From assembly GCA_012295275.1 (NCBI GenBank), contig CM022672.1, positions 27,590,001-27,654,000 of the forward strand: a DNA stretch of 64,000 nucleotides, given 5' to 3'. Shown here one piece after another: positions 14,155 to 27,668 of the stretch (position 1 is its first letter; every line of letters begins with the position of its first letter). Source of the stretch: Chrysomallon squamiferum (Eukaryota; Animalia; Mollusca). Position numbers and translations under genes: made by a program. The notes beneath the pieces are model-generated. The model had not been told where the DNA came from and did no database searches. It saw only the letters and a program-made list of their open reading frames with translations.

Positions 14155-14252
14155 TCAAATATACATACCTAGTAATATTCATATTTACTTTTTTTTTTAT
14201 TTCAGGTTCTGTATTTCAGTTTTTAACTCGCCGACATATACAGATGAAATAA
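10316..14252 (+). CDS. Secreted cysteine-rich protein (~217 aa if repaired); frameshift in exon 3, so possibly a pseudogene or null allele
   Basis: Exons 10316-10358, 11441-11609, 12187-12312, 12807-12924, 13619-13767, 14206-14252, all GT-AG. Signal peptide MNKLLVCFVLLLLSALVNG, then a helical-looking Cys pattern (YCAEH..SCFIE..DMCS..SCTAGILTEC..FICGEG..RCWQ..AICE..DVCV..GCAQ..ELCN..LGCH). AATAAA at ~14361. Confidence 0.75.
11025..11397. repeat. Compound (TAT/TGT)n trinucleotide microsatellite with higher-order repeats
   Basis: Runs of tat/tgt with recurring tagttgctgttgttactgctattat blocks. Confidence 0.9.
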
Positions 14253-14544
14253 TTGAAAATAATACAGAAAGGAGATAGAAGGACAATCTGAAATTAAAGA
14301 TTTGTTAGATTTTTTTACATATATATCATTATTATTTTATTCATTTCAATAGAACACTAAAATAAATAAAATACGTAGTTTTTGTAAATCAGTTTGTCTA
14401 TTTTTTTCCCCTTTCTCTTATAGCCTTTATAAATTGTCTTGTGTCAGAGGGATGGATTGATCGATAAATGAGTATTTGTGTTACAGGATATATGTCTAAT
14501 ATCCTGAAAATTTCAGAAATATGTAATGTCTGATTCACTCAGGA

Positions 14545-14850
14545 AATTGGTAATGCAATGGCTGCAAGTAGATCTTACTCCGACTGCAATCGATGGAGAA
14601 TTTCAAGAGGGAGGCTAGATTAAAACAGTCATTACCAGCATTGGAACCAAGCATTGAAGCAAACGAGGAATACTTAATTCTACTGTGAAATCTTCATTTC
14701 TGAAACTGAACAAATTTGAATTTAACAGTCCATTCAGTTGTATTGTTATCTCCTAACCAAAAACAGGCATGTCCTTAATGCCACAGTTAGCTCTTTCTAC
14801 AGCCCTTTGTTCTGTGGATGCCTAGGTTTCCCATAGATTATCACCAATTT
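14545..14850 (-). mobile_element. Degenerate DDE integrase relic, KRBA2/SCAND3 (Ginger-like) type
   Basis: The minus strand, across frameshifts and stops, reads LVIIYGKPRHPQNKG-VERANCGIKDM-WLGDNNTTEWTVKFKFVQFQK*RFHSRIKYSSFASMLG...LPLEILHRLQSE*DLLAAI. This resembles the GKPRHPQSQGSVERAN motif of that integrase family. Confidence 0.8.
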
Positions 14851-15267
14851 AGTGATTGCACATATTTCATGATAATACATATTTCCTGTAACATATACAT
14901 CAAAACAACGAATCAAATACAGACCCATTGAAAAATACATGTATATTTTCTTATTATTTATGCTAGTTCTAGATAAGCTTGAGCCATACTGCAGGAGAAA
15001 GACTCGACAAACTTAAATAATATGCAATATCGTTCTACTTTAAGAAACAAACGAGAGTTTGTCAAAAAGGACATCAAACTGAGTTTTTCCGTATACTGCA
15101 GTGATTGGCATAAAATATAAACAAACACCCACGCACACACGAAAACAGGTGCCACACACAGACACCCACCCGCATATTTACACATTCACAGACACAATCA
15201 TATATGCACATACAGACATACATTCTCTCTCTCTATATATATACACACGCTCACACACGTTTACACA

Positions 15268-15305
<38 letters not shown>

Positions 15306-15390
15306 TACACACACACACACACACACAACAGTCACATTCACGTACACAGCACACTTCAGCCCTTGTATACAGAAACACTAACACAATTCA

Positions 15391-15453
<63 letters not shown>

Positions 15454-16590
15454 CCACAGAAACACGAAAAGTCCACAAGTACTGATTTGTAAAATACTTT
15501 CTGTGTACTAAAATTTAAGATATTTTAACGATGAGCAGGATAAATGCTTTAACGTGTTTTTGCCAGATATAACGCATATCGTGACAAAGTAATGGAAACC
15601 AAGATTAAAATCTCTCAGTATGAATCCCTGTGTCACCTGTCAGTCAAGATGACAAAAGGACTACGTTACAGTTCAATTTCAGAGGTTTGGAAACTACGCT
15701 TTGAACAATTAAAAAGGTTAAAATCCCAAAACGTTAACTTAAACGTGGTCTCATTACTTTAGCAATACTTCACGACACTCGATAACTGGTAATATATATT
15801 ATTATAATTTTATTAAAACAAATATATACAGCATTATTAACATAATCTTTACTGCTGTTTGGTATTCACTTTATTGCTATAGATACTGCATCTTAAATTA
15901 CAACCATTAATACTACTATTATAATACTTCTACTACTACTACTACTATAGCTGCTATTACTATTATTGTTACTATTATAGCTGGTGTTGTTGTTGTTGCT
16001 GTAGTTGTTGTTGTTGTTACTCTAGTTGTTGTTATTATTATTATTATTATATGTTATATTATTCAGTCTGTTTTATTTTTGTGTTTTGTAAATGTTTTTG
16101 TTTTTATTTCTTCTCTTGTCTTTATTATTATTGCTGCTAATATTTTACTATTAATTTTCTACTAATGCAGTATATGAATCAGTCAAATTATATGGACTAA
16201 TAATATTACAGTTTGCCCTGAAACATATGATTGTTGCAGTTGAGAGTGTAAACGATTACTGCATTAGTGTTTGTTATGGTGTGTATACAACAGTAGTGAT
16301 ATACAGCTTGAATTTCATTGCATTGTGTCAAACGTAATACAATGATGTCCACCCATTCAGAGATAAATATGTATTATTTTAACGTTTGCGTGTTAAACCA
16401 AAATAAATTAAAAATACGGTAAAGATATGCAATCAGTATCGTAACTGAACCAGTTAGCTAAGTTACAGAATGTATATAAAAAATAAAAATAAATTAATTA
16501 GTGATTTAATAAAATAAAATGCTTATACAGTGCCAAACGAGTAAGAATATAAATTGTTGAATTTTAATAAATATGTTTCTTTGATTTTAT

Positions 16591-16710
<120 letters not shown>

Positions 16711-17497
16711 GGGATTAATTTTAATAATTTCTCTCCTTTCTCTCCTTTCTTTTTGTAGTTATTATAACAACTTTAAAAATTAAAACAAAACTATAATCTC
16801 TGTTAATAATAATAACGAAAAGTAGGTTACATATTAGTAATTAATTTTAACATGTTTGGTTTATATACATAAATAGATACATGTTAACGTGTCGGAATAA
16901 AAGATCTGATTCTAACCAAGAGAGTATAACTTTTCATTGCTTAGATAACGTTGCCAGAAGAATCCATTTTGTTATTAGGATTAGTATATATAGCGAAAAA
17001 TTATTTTATTTTATTTTATTTTATTTTATTTATTTTATTTATTTATTTATTTATTTATTTACTTACTTATTTATTTGTCTGTCTGATTGTTTATTTATTT
17101 ATTTATTTATTTATTTAATTTCTTTATTTCTTTATTTACTTACTTATTTATTTGTCTGATTGTTTATTTATTTATTTATTTATTTATTTTATTTTATTTT
17201 ATTTTATTTTTATTATTATTATTTTTCATTTATTTACATTTTTTTTGCACTGTAGTATAACTTAACTGTACATAGTTTACAAAGCGCATTTGATGAAGTT
17301 TTCCGTCATCCAAATAACTTTCATTCTCCTTTAGATCTAACGTCCAGTTTCGAAACATCTCTATGTTATAACGGGAATTTAGATCAGTTGTGTGCTCACT
17401 GTTGGCTGATTTCTTTGTTCCTGCTAGTGTATTTGTCTTCATTTCCGGGAGATATATGCTGATACATATAACATACATACATACATACATACATACA

Positions 17498-17531
<34 letters not shown>

Positions 17532-18321
17532 AATTCATACATACCTACACATGTACGCAAGCACACACAAACTGACAGCGACTTCATAACTTTTAACTGT
17601 CTGAAAATATTGTTAAAACATACGTTCATTTTAACGATGAAACAAAAAAATTATATTTCTTTATATGTACATTCATTCATTTTATTAGTTCGTTACCACA
17701 TTATATTTCTCTGTATATGTCGACAACGAAGGATAACAAAAAAGAAATATTGGTTTTTCGTCAACAAGATTTTTGTTCTTTTCTTGGATTATGTGAATCG
17801 ATAACAGGAGGAGAATCGATACAAAAAGGAAATCGATATCAATAAAGACCTCTGTAACAGGGTTTAACAGCGAACATTCAGAGGATAATTTCTTTTTCTT
17901 ATATACGTATGTATGTTCGTGTACATATACATATATAAGATTTTCCCCAAAATTATCTTAGCTAAGCTGTATCCTGTCCACTTTCTTTTTATTATTAGGT
18001 GTATCATTCATTTTGAACGCTATCACAGTGACTTGGCTTAGCAGGGTACTGCTGATTAATCTATTTTTCTTTTCTTTTTTGTATCATTGTATCTTTTTAA
18101 GTATGTGGCAGGCCAATGACTGCCGGACATTTATACTTGTCATACAGCATGTGTGTGACATACAGGTTACATAACCATTGTTTTCTTTTCTTTTATATCC
18201 CACCTTTTTTCTCTGACGGTTGCACTTCATTTCAAGGAACAGGATAAATAGGTGGATGAGTGTATATTTGGAAAAAAATATACATATTTAATTCTTTTTC
18301 TTTTTCTTTTTCGAGGAAAAA

Positions 18322-19097
18322 ATGTCAGGTAATGTATACTTTTTAAAAATATAATATTAGTAATAATAATAATAACTTTACTACTACTATTACTGTTGCT
18401 GGTACAACAACAACTAATATTTATAATAACACAAACATTACTACTACTACTGCTACTACTAGTACTACTACTAGTAATAATAACGGTAACCGCAAGAACA
18501 TCACCTGCAGTAGCAACAGCAACAGCGCCAATAATAGAAATCTGAGAAATATTAGTTCTGTAATCTTTATCTTGTATATTAATTTATCACCTGACAAGAT
18601 TGTCGCCAAAATACGTCGGTTTTGCCTGATCTCTCTTTTGGAGTAAAAACGTGAAAACTTAGTCTCTTTAGGATTTTCATACCACATAGCAGGGTTAAAT
18701 CCACGACCACACTATCCCAAATTGAAATCAGTTATTATTTAATGACGTCATTTAATGTCTTCAACGTCACTGATCGTCAAAATGTTTTGACGGTCTTCGT
18801 TTCTTCTGTGAATCTTTTAATACTATTAATGAACCTTAATTTCTAAAACCTTTTTACAGTCATATTTATTTGTCTGATCTTCTAAGATTTTATTGAGAAC
18901 AAAATATTGAAGGGAAGATGGATTGGCGACTAAACTGTAAGTCAACAAAATAATGTTTGGTTGAAATACGTGATTTTCTTTTCATGATTTGCTGCTAAGT
19001 TATAACTATGGTACATTTTCGGATCCAAATGTTATCTAAATAGACTGTGTAATTATAGCGATTACAAAAATAATGCACAAATCTATTCTTCAGCGTC

Positions 19098-19137
<40 letters not shown>

Positions 19138-20673
19138 TTTTCAAATATGGAGCAGTGGTCTTCATACACGCCACAAAATATACTGTTAACCCTCGATTTC
19201 ACGGACTAATAGTGGGGACCATAGGTCATGAAAATGTAAAAGTCCTGGAAATCCCGAATGTCGACATTAACCCGGAAATTTACCGAAACATTAAACTTTA
19301 CCACACATATCACAATCAAAGAATAATATACAGACATAAAAACAATGATAAACAAATACAATATTTGTAAAGAAAAATGAACAGTAGAAAAATGTAGAGT
19401 AGGCTGGATGAAGTTTGTTAGGTTACGATGATTAAGGGTGTAGTTGTAAAATTTACTCTTGCCTTAATGGAAAATGGGTTGAGAACCGTGATCGTATGCT
19501 AGGGTTCATATTAAATTAAACATTCCCTTCAGGTAAGGTTTCGAGTGGGAAAAGGCGATAAATTCAAATTTAGTGATTTTTCCAGATTTGGTCTGGAAAA
19601 TCGAGATCCGTGAAATCGAGGATCAGCAGTTGCGTCCCATAAACATTAAGTAGATTCGACGATTTGTAGCAGATGTCACAATTACATTCAGATACATCTT
19701 CCTTATCCAGACAAATTTATTTAGTTTAATCATTTACTCATTCCCTTATTGAAATGTATGAACAAAATGTATAAAATGATGTGTAGTGATAAGACTATAA
19801 AAACCATCAGGTGGGAAAAGGAAATGACATTGGTTTTGTACATTTCTGATACAGACGCGGTAAACTATGGTCCGCAATTTGTTTATTTTATTACATTTTT
19901 ATTTATTTATTTACTTATTTTTTATCATTATTATTATTAAAGAATTATTTTAAATAGTATGTAAATGAAAAACACCATTTCACACTATATTTCCCCCACA
20001 TGAATGAATAAGATAAAGAGAAAATGTTTGTATAATATTTAGATTATTTTAATATTTTGTTTAATATAAAACAAACATATTTATTTATGCAACATTAGAC
20101 TTTGTGAAAAATCCTTTATTAATATTATTATTACTAAGAATATATGTATGCATGTTTATGTCATAATTTCATATTATTATTACTGATATTTATTTTACCT
20201 TATTTGTTTATTATTCAGATTTTAAAATCAGGAAATGCTACCGCTGCCATGATCCCTACGGAACTGATATAATGCATTTCACGTGCATAGACCGCCCAAC
20301 GACCGCCAGCTCCGTGCGGTCTCAGCTATGGTCTCTCGACAGAATCATCTACGAAGCCAGACACGAAAAAGAAATGGAGGAATTTAGCGACAGGCCTTAC
20401 ATGAAGCACAAATACCCAGATTTACCGAAACACTATCCCGGAACGTGGCGGGTGGCGAAAGCTTCAGTGTTATGCGACATTGTGTCGCGACTGGTAAAAC
20501 CGACAGCGGCAAGCAAAGCACGTGAGAGAGACACTCGAGTGCAGCTAACTTACTTGAAACTCATGCGTGAAGACGATGAGAAAAAAGACGTGAAATTAAG
20601 ACCGAACAAGAAGAGCCCGAATGGGTTAAGTAATAAAGCACCGAGAATACAAATAGTTGACACTGTGATGTGA
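18322..20673 (+). CDS. Uncharacterised protein, paralog A (~153 aa), PTxxS-motif family
   Basis: Main exon 20219-20673 (phase 1, acceptor ttattcag). The probable first exon ends ATG TCA G|gtaatg (18322-18328), giving MSDFKIRKCYRCHDPYGTDIMHFTCIDRPTTASSVR...RPYMKHKYPDLPKHYPGTW...IVSRLVKPTAASK. It aligns without gaps to paralog B. The first exon is less certain than the main exon. Confidence 0.8.
19183..19629. mobile_element. MITE (~450 bp) with pogo/Tc1-like terminal inverted repeats
   Basis: Left end ta-CTGTTAACCCTCGATTTCACGGA; the right end reverse-complements to CTGCTGATCCTCGATTTCACGGA. TA flanks the left end. No coding capacity. Confidence 0.75.
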
Positions 20674-22424
20674 TGTTTGTGATTACAGCGAGTGTTGCTA
20701 AATTAACTGTTTCTGTGAATAATTAAGAAACGACCGAAGATTTACAGTGCTGGGCCAAAAAGAAAGAAAGTAAAAAAAAACAAGAAACAAAGAAGAAAAA
20801 CGGACACTTCAAAACAATTAATTTACTGCTTTGTTTTAAACAGAAATTCTTTTATTTATTTTTCTACTCACTGAATAAAATAATGTTGGGACCAGCGCTT
20901 TTACATTGTTCAAGTCAGTTTTCTTTCAGGTTTTCAAAAGATTTTTAAAATTTCCATCATCATCATTAACAACAACAGCAGCAGCATTAACAACAATATT
21001 AACAAGAACTACTGCTACTACCATAAGAATCATTTTATACTACATCTACATCTACTACATCTACTACTACTACTAATAATAATAATAATACAACTTCTGC
21101 TACTATTATTAAGTACAGCTGCTGGTGCTTCTTTTACTACTACTGCTGTATTACTATTATTATTATTACTATTACTGTTATTACTATTATTATTATTACT
21201 ATTACTGTTATTACTATTATTATTGCTGCTACTACTGTTATTACTATTATTATTATTTCTATTACTGCTGATATTACTATTATTATTACTACTAGTGCTG
21301 ATATTAGTATATCTATTATTAATATTACTTGCTACTGTACCACTATGTATAATATAATTATTACTACAGCTACTATAATTACTACTGCACCCACTAATTC
21401 TACTACTGTTGCTACTATACTGTTTTTAGTACTGTTTCTACTTCCACTACTTCTACAACAACAATTTTAACTACTGTTGCTGCTGCTGCTACTACTACTG
21501 ATACCACTGCTGCAGTATATTTTTCATTCACCTTTATCCTTAAGTGTAAATTTACCAATAAGTGCAAATGTGTCAGGCATAACTATATCCTTAAATGTTC
21601 ATATTATTTTTCTGTCAAAAACAAGTTTTAAAAACACGCGAGAATCATAACAAGTTGTTCTTTTTTTTTCTTCCTTTCTCGTCATTATTCACACTGTATG
21701 CACAGTAGCATTGTGAATACTTGTACACATACGCAAAGTATTTCCCAATTTAAGAATTATTATTTAGGTTTCTACAGCAGAATAAAAATTGGACGTGAAA
21801 ACGTAATGTAGAATAAGCACACCTGTTTATCAAGGAGTTTGAAAAGCGTCGCTTTAAGGAATCATTCTGTAGACTTCTAACGGTCACTGGTGAAAATGGT
21901 TTTTAGGAACTAGAGATACGCTGAAGTCAGCGAGGCTTAAGTTAATTATCCTTCAGTTCTTTAGCGATATGAGACGTTTCTTTTAATGTCTCCCAGTATG
22001 CTTATTTCCACAGGGACACACCAGTGAAAATTTATTGATATTTGACAGTGATATATAATAAAATATTTCTAACAGTACTATTACTATGCTAAAATGATAA
22101 ACATCTCTGACTCCATAACGCTAACAGTAGAGAAACTGGACGTAAACGGGGAACTGAAAAATAACGGAACGTTGTACCCCTGAGATTTCTGGTATTTCCG
22201 TCACTGCTGTCAACCAGGTTTCTAGTAAATAGGAATTCTAATCGTCTGTCTATGGAAGGAGTGGAAAAATCCTGCGGTTCCCTTAGTTATTTAATGTTAT
22301 CAGTTTGCTCGATTCGTCTGTTCCAGTTATCAGCAAATAAATTGTATGACGTAATATGACTGTTCAAGAATAACGTAAATTTGTATGCAGGGGAGAAACG
22401 TCATTAAACACTAACAGGTCGAAA

Positions 22425-23239
22425 ATGAGTTTTCAAAACAAAGAAATAAGAAATAGAATGGATTCTGGGAAAAGCAGTCTGATGATGCCTGGCGTTTATG
22501 ATCCAAAGTTAGTTGGATTTCTGATTATTACGTTAAAATGAGTAAATGAATTATTCGTGAATGTTAAGTATGTTTATTATACTTGTGTTCATTGCAAAAA
22601 TCTCTCTCGAGATACTATTTATGAATAATTTTATTATTATCTCTCTCTCTCTTATATTTTATGTTTTAGTGTTTCTTATTTATATGTTTTAGGAAAAAGG
22701 AAACCTTGTTGGTAGTTAACAGATCAGCGGCATGTGGTTTATCCAGTATTTGTTTTTAAACTTACGAAATACTCATCAAAACAAACTTTCATTTTATTCG
22801 TTCGTAAACTTCGACTCGGTCGATTTGTTATACAAACTCACGTATTTTCCAACGTCTTTTCAGAGCAGTTGACCGTCCCACAGTTACCAGTTCTCAGCAC
22901 TCCCAGCCATGGACTTTGCCGAGACAAATACTAGATTTCAACCACAAAACGAATATGGTGCAGTTCTTGAAGAGACCGTACATGAACCAAGACTATCCCG
23001 AGCTTCCAAAACACTACCCTGGAGCCTGGACCGTGGTCAGCAGTTCAGAACTGGACAGGATCGTAGCAAGAGTGGTCAGACCTACCATTGCCAGTAAAAC
23101 TCGCAAACGCGACAATCGGCTTGTGCTCCAATACTTGAAAGATTACAGGCAAGAAGAAGAAGAGTTCGAGAAGAAAATTCTAAAGAGGCCTAAAAGCTCT
23201 ACGAAAAGCATTCGTTCGAAGTCAGAGGAAATAAAATGA
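22425..23239 (+). CDS. Uncharacterised protein, paralog B (~152 aa), PTxxS-motif family
   Basis: Exons 22425-22507 (AA|gttagt) and 22864-23239: MSFQNKEIRNRMDSGKSSLMMPGVYDPKAVDRPTVTSSQHSQPWTLPR...RPYMNQDYPELPKHYPGAW...IVARVVRPTIASK... Confidence 0.85.
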
Positions 23240-24002
23240 TTCCAAAAATAAGCGACTGACAGGGACAGCGCAAATATCAGATATTTCTGGATTAAAATTA
23301 GAGTTTGTATTCACAGTTTTGTTATATATCACCAGTGTAAATAGTCTGAAAACAAATCAGGCATTACAAGAACTGAAAATACACATGGAACTATTTCATT
23401 CTAATTAATCTTGCTTTTCTCACAAATAAGAAGATTTACTTTCCGTGTATATGCTTGTAATTTTAACATTAATTATGTAAACCTGTTCTGTGAATAAACA
23501 ATATAATAATAATAATTATTATTATTATAATGATAACTCCGCCCAATTCTGACATAATAATAATAAAAAAAGTTTATTCTAAATAAAACAGAAGTGAAAA
23601 AACATATATTATACAATTTAAAACATATTATTATTGTTATCACCATTAATCATCATCATCATTAATATATATATCGAACTGATGTTTCATTGCTCCAGAA
23701 ATCTTAAATAGTTTTATAGAATATAATCATAAATACATACACATATTTATCATAGGTTCTTAAACATACACGTACATTCTTACACACAGAGAAATATTAA
23801 TACATAATCATGTAAATATAACACATAATAATATTATTAAATTGAGGCAGGGAAACAGAGAACAGAAATTTAAAGATAGATAAAGAGAGGATAATGAAAG
23901 AAAATTACGACAGGAGATATATTAAAAGAGTCTTGGATTTTAAAAAAATGGACGAATCTTGATAGAATGATATCTGAATAACACGCGGGTCAAACATTTC
24001 GG

Positions 24003-24304
24003 CGAGAGAAAGCGAGAGAGAGAGCGAGAGAGAGAGAAAGAGGCAGAGAGAGAGCGAGAGAGGCAGAGAGAGAGCGAGAGAGAGAGGGAGAGGCAGAGAG
24101 AGAGAGAGAGAGGCAGAGAGAGAGAGACAGCGAGAGAGAGAGGCAGAGATAGGCAGAGAGAGAGAGAGGCAGAGAGAGGCAGAGAGAGAGACAGAGAGAG
24201 AGGCAGAGATAGAGAGAGAGAGAGAGTGGGAGAGAGAGAGAGAGGCAGAGAGAGACAGAGAGAGGCAGAGAGAGAGGCAGAGAGAGAGAGAGAGGCAGAG
24301 AGAG

Positions 24305-24382
<78 letters not shown>
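24003..24382. repeat. Long degenerate (GA)n microsatellite with GGCA interruptions
   Basis: About 380 bp of (GA)n with periodic aggcag units. Confidence 0.95.
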
Positions 24383-24386
<4 letters not shown>

Positions 24387-24599
24387 TATTCGTCCTAGTA
24401 CCACATTTTATCCGACCGTTCGGCAAAATATACTGGTTGCCATCCGAACTCTGAATCGTATCCTACGTCCATTCTATGTTATTAATTAATTGAATAATTA
24501 ATTCATTCATTCATTTATTCATAACTTTATTTATTTATTTATTATTATTATTATTATTTAAATGATAATGACACACACCCACACACACACACACACATA

Positions 24600-24635
<36 letters not shown>

Positions 24636-24996
24636 TGTATGTATGTATGTATGTATGTATGTATGTTATAGTGGAGATAGCGGTTAATATAAATCTGAAT
24701 CATTTATTCGTTTCTCGAATCACTTTCTTAACCTGCTAATGAAATTCGCGGGACATCATGCCTAGGGCAGTCTAACCGAATATAAGACTTAAATCTGATA
24801 AGCTTTATTTTGCCCCAGAGTGTGACAAACCAATGTAAGAAGTCGTGACATACTAAGTACTGGTTTTAAACGTAATGCTCTGACGTAATCGCATTGTATC
24901 TTGACAACGCCAGAGTTTGAGAAAGAGAAAGTCCACAGCATTTCTCTGTGTGTGTTTAAGTAGAGGGGACCAAAATTACTGCACATTATTTCCAAA

Positions 24997-26334
24997 ATGT
25001 CATTTAAAAAAAAAAGTAAAAGCATTTTTCTGACACCGGATCCATATCATACCCCTGGGTAAGTATTTTTTAAATATATTATTTAATTTAAAAGAGTAAC
25101 TGTGACTGTGAAATAAATGTATTGTAAAAGACAATATCTCTTTTGTAAAGGAAAAAATAATAATATAAATTAAATATACTTTACTATGTTACAAAAGATA
25201 TTTTTGGTTCAAAACTAATTTTTATTATTATTACTGTTGTTGTTGTTGTTGTTGTTTTTGGATTCTGGTGATAATCCGCGATAAAGGCCTGTTTACAAAA
25301 ACAGTTATGATTAATATTTTATTTTTTTATTTTAAAATTTATTTTCCTACTTTCATTTTTAAATCTACAGTTCATGATCGATCATAATGCTTTTAAAAAA
25401 TAGCTGCTATAGAAATAATTTTATTTAATAATCAACAGAAAAAAATGGAGAAACGCGCGCACTCATACTTAAACATAAAGTCACCTACTAGAACTGCGTT
25501 TGTTATAAATTCTTCGATAGAACAGATTTCTACAGTGTCACTTGTCGAAAATGCAGAATTCAGTCAAGAAAAATTATTTAATATTACTTTAAACTAAGGA
25601 CACAATACGATAACGATACAAAAATGACGTCTAAATGAACTGAGACAAACAAACAAACAAAAAAAGTTTTTGCAATTAAACTTTGCTTAATTAATTTCGT
25701 CGCGTCCGTAAGTAAAATTGCAGAATTAATTTTCTTGAGCTGCAGTACTATTTTTGCCTAAGTGATGATTCTATGAAAGAAAAGAAAAGAAAAGAAGAAA
25801 AAAAGCCTAATAACGTATTATTCATTCTATCTACAGAAAAAGTTGGGAATTACCACATTAACTTTCTTAGGAATTTCATATTAAAAGTATATAATGAAAA
25901 ATAAGTTTTACTTTCATTTCATAAATAAATTACAAAGTTACATACAAACGTATGTTGTCAAACATACATTATATGTGTGTGTGTGTGTGTGTGTCTGTGT
26001 CTTTATATATATATATACACACAGACACATATGCACATACATACATACAAACACATATATATCTGTGTATGTGTTTACAAACTACATGATACTGCACTGC
26101 ACTAATTTATTCCACTTCAGCTGTCGATTGTGCTTAATCCAGTAAAACCTATTACTTAATAATAAGCTACATACATACTGACTGGCTTCGTAACTTTGTT
26201 GTTATGTCATAAATTTCAGATGTAATTACTAACAATTATGATTATGGGATGTTTTCACAGCGATAGTTCATGATAAAGTTTTAAATGGCGGTTAACGGTA
26301 ATTGTTTAAAGAAAAAAACACAACTGTTTCATAC

Positions 26335-26365
<31 letters not shown>

Positions 26366-26575
26366 AATATATGATCGTAAACTTTATACGGATTAAAAAC
26401 GAACAGAGGCAGTCTTAGAAAAAATAAAAACAGTTTAAAAGTAAATACTCGGATGTTCGTAAACAAATATTCATATATTTAAAATCATTAGTTTTGTCGT
26501 CTATTTGTGGTTAGTTATGTAACACAGAGAGTGAACGATAGACGACTAGATACAAAGACAAACAGAGAAATAATG

Positions 26576-26645
<70 letters not shown>

Positions 26646-27580
26646 CTTGTGTGAATGTCACAATATTTATATTTATTAAATAATTACTCACCAATGGCAA
26701 TTTATTGTAGAATTTACATTTATTTTTCAGTTATTGCGGATTCTGTCCGCAGTTCAAGTACGAAATCGGAGAAACGTTCGGTCGAACGACATCGCGACTT
26801 CTCACAGACAACAAAGTCGCCAATTCCGGGTTGCCTGTCCTCACTGACATCCTAACAGACCTGTGCGACGTTGATAAGGAGAATGAAAAGAGAATGCAGA
26901 TTCTGCGGACACGTCAGCACAGTTTAGGAGATCAGAAGCTTGTTGATAATATGGTTCCAGGTTATTCAGGTTGGTTCTGCTATACAGCATGTACTTACTT
27001 GTGTACGTGCGTGTGTGTGCGTTTGTGTATATGTGTTTATGTTGTGTTTAAGTATGTGTGTGTAAGTGTGTATGTGTTTATTACTATGCTACTAATATAC
27101 AATTATTATATTGTATTCTATCAGTATACGTTTTAGTATGATTATGATTAAGATTATGATTAAGATTACTATTATTTTTATTATTATTATTATTTTCGTT
27201 TGCCAAACAGGTTTTATTCCAAGAAGTGAGAATTATTTTGGCAGCAGGTACACGGAAGTTTGCCGGAATTCCGTGGCTGAGTTTGAGCATAGCTACCAGT
27301 GCCATGATGCCAAAATGCAAGACCTGAAATATAAGTCAGACGCTCTTCCCCGTAATCCCAAAAACTATCCAGTAAGTGTAATCCTATTAGAGATATTACG
27401 TTAAAAAAATGTAATTATTAAATACCTTATTTATTTATTACTGCTATTACTATACTACCGCCATTACCACTGCTACTGCTACAACTATCATTACTACTGT
27501 TACTACTACTACGACTGCTGCTGCTTTCACTACATTCATTTCAGCAAGTATTATTTATTATTTTTGCTTTTTTAACAATT

Positions 27581-27668
<88 letters not shown>

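Noticed and set aside
14958-15511. HT/VC-rich ORFs
   Set aside because: (CA)n, (TA)n and (CT)n microsatellites. The same applies at 34887-35192.
23905-24489. Poly-SL and poly-ER ORFs of 87-173 aa
   Set aside because: Read-through of (GA)n. The same applies at 26515, 28612 and 48226.
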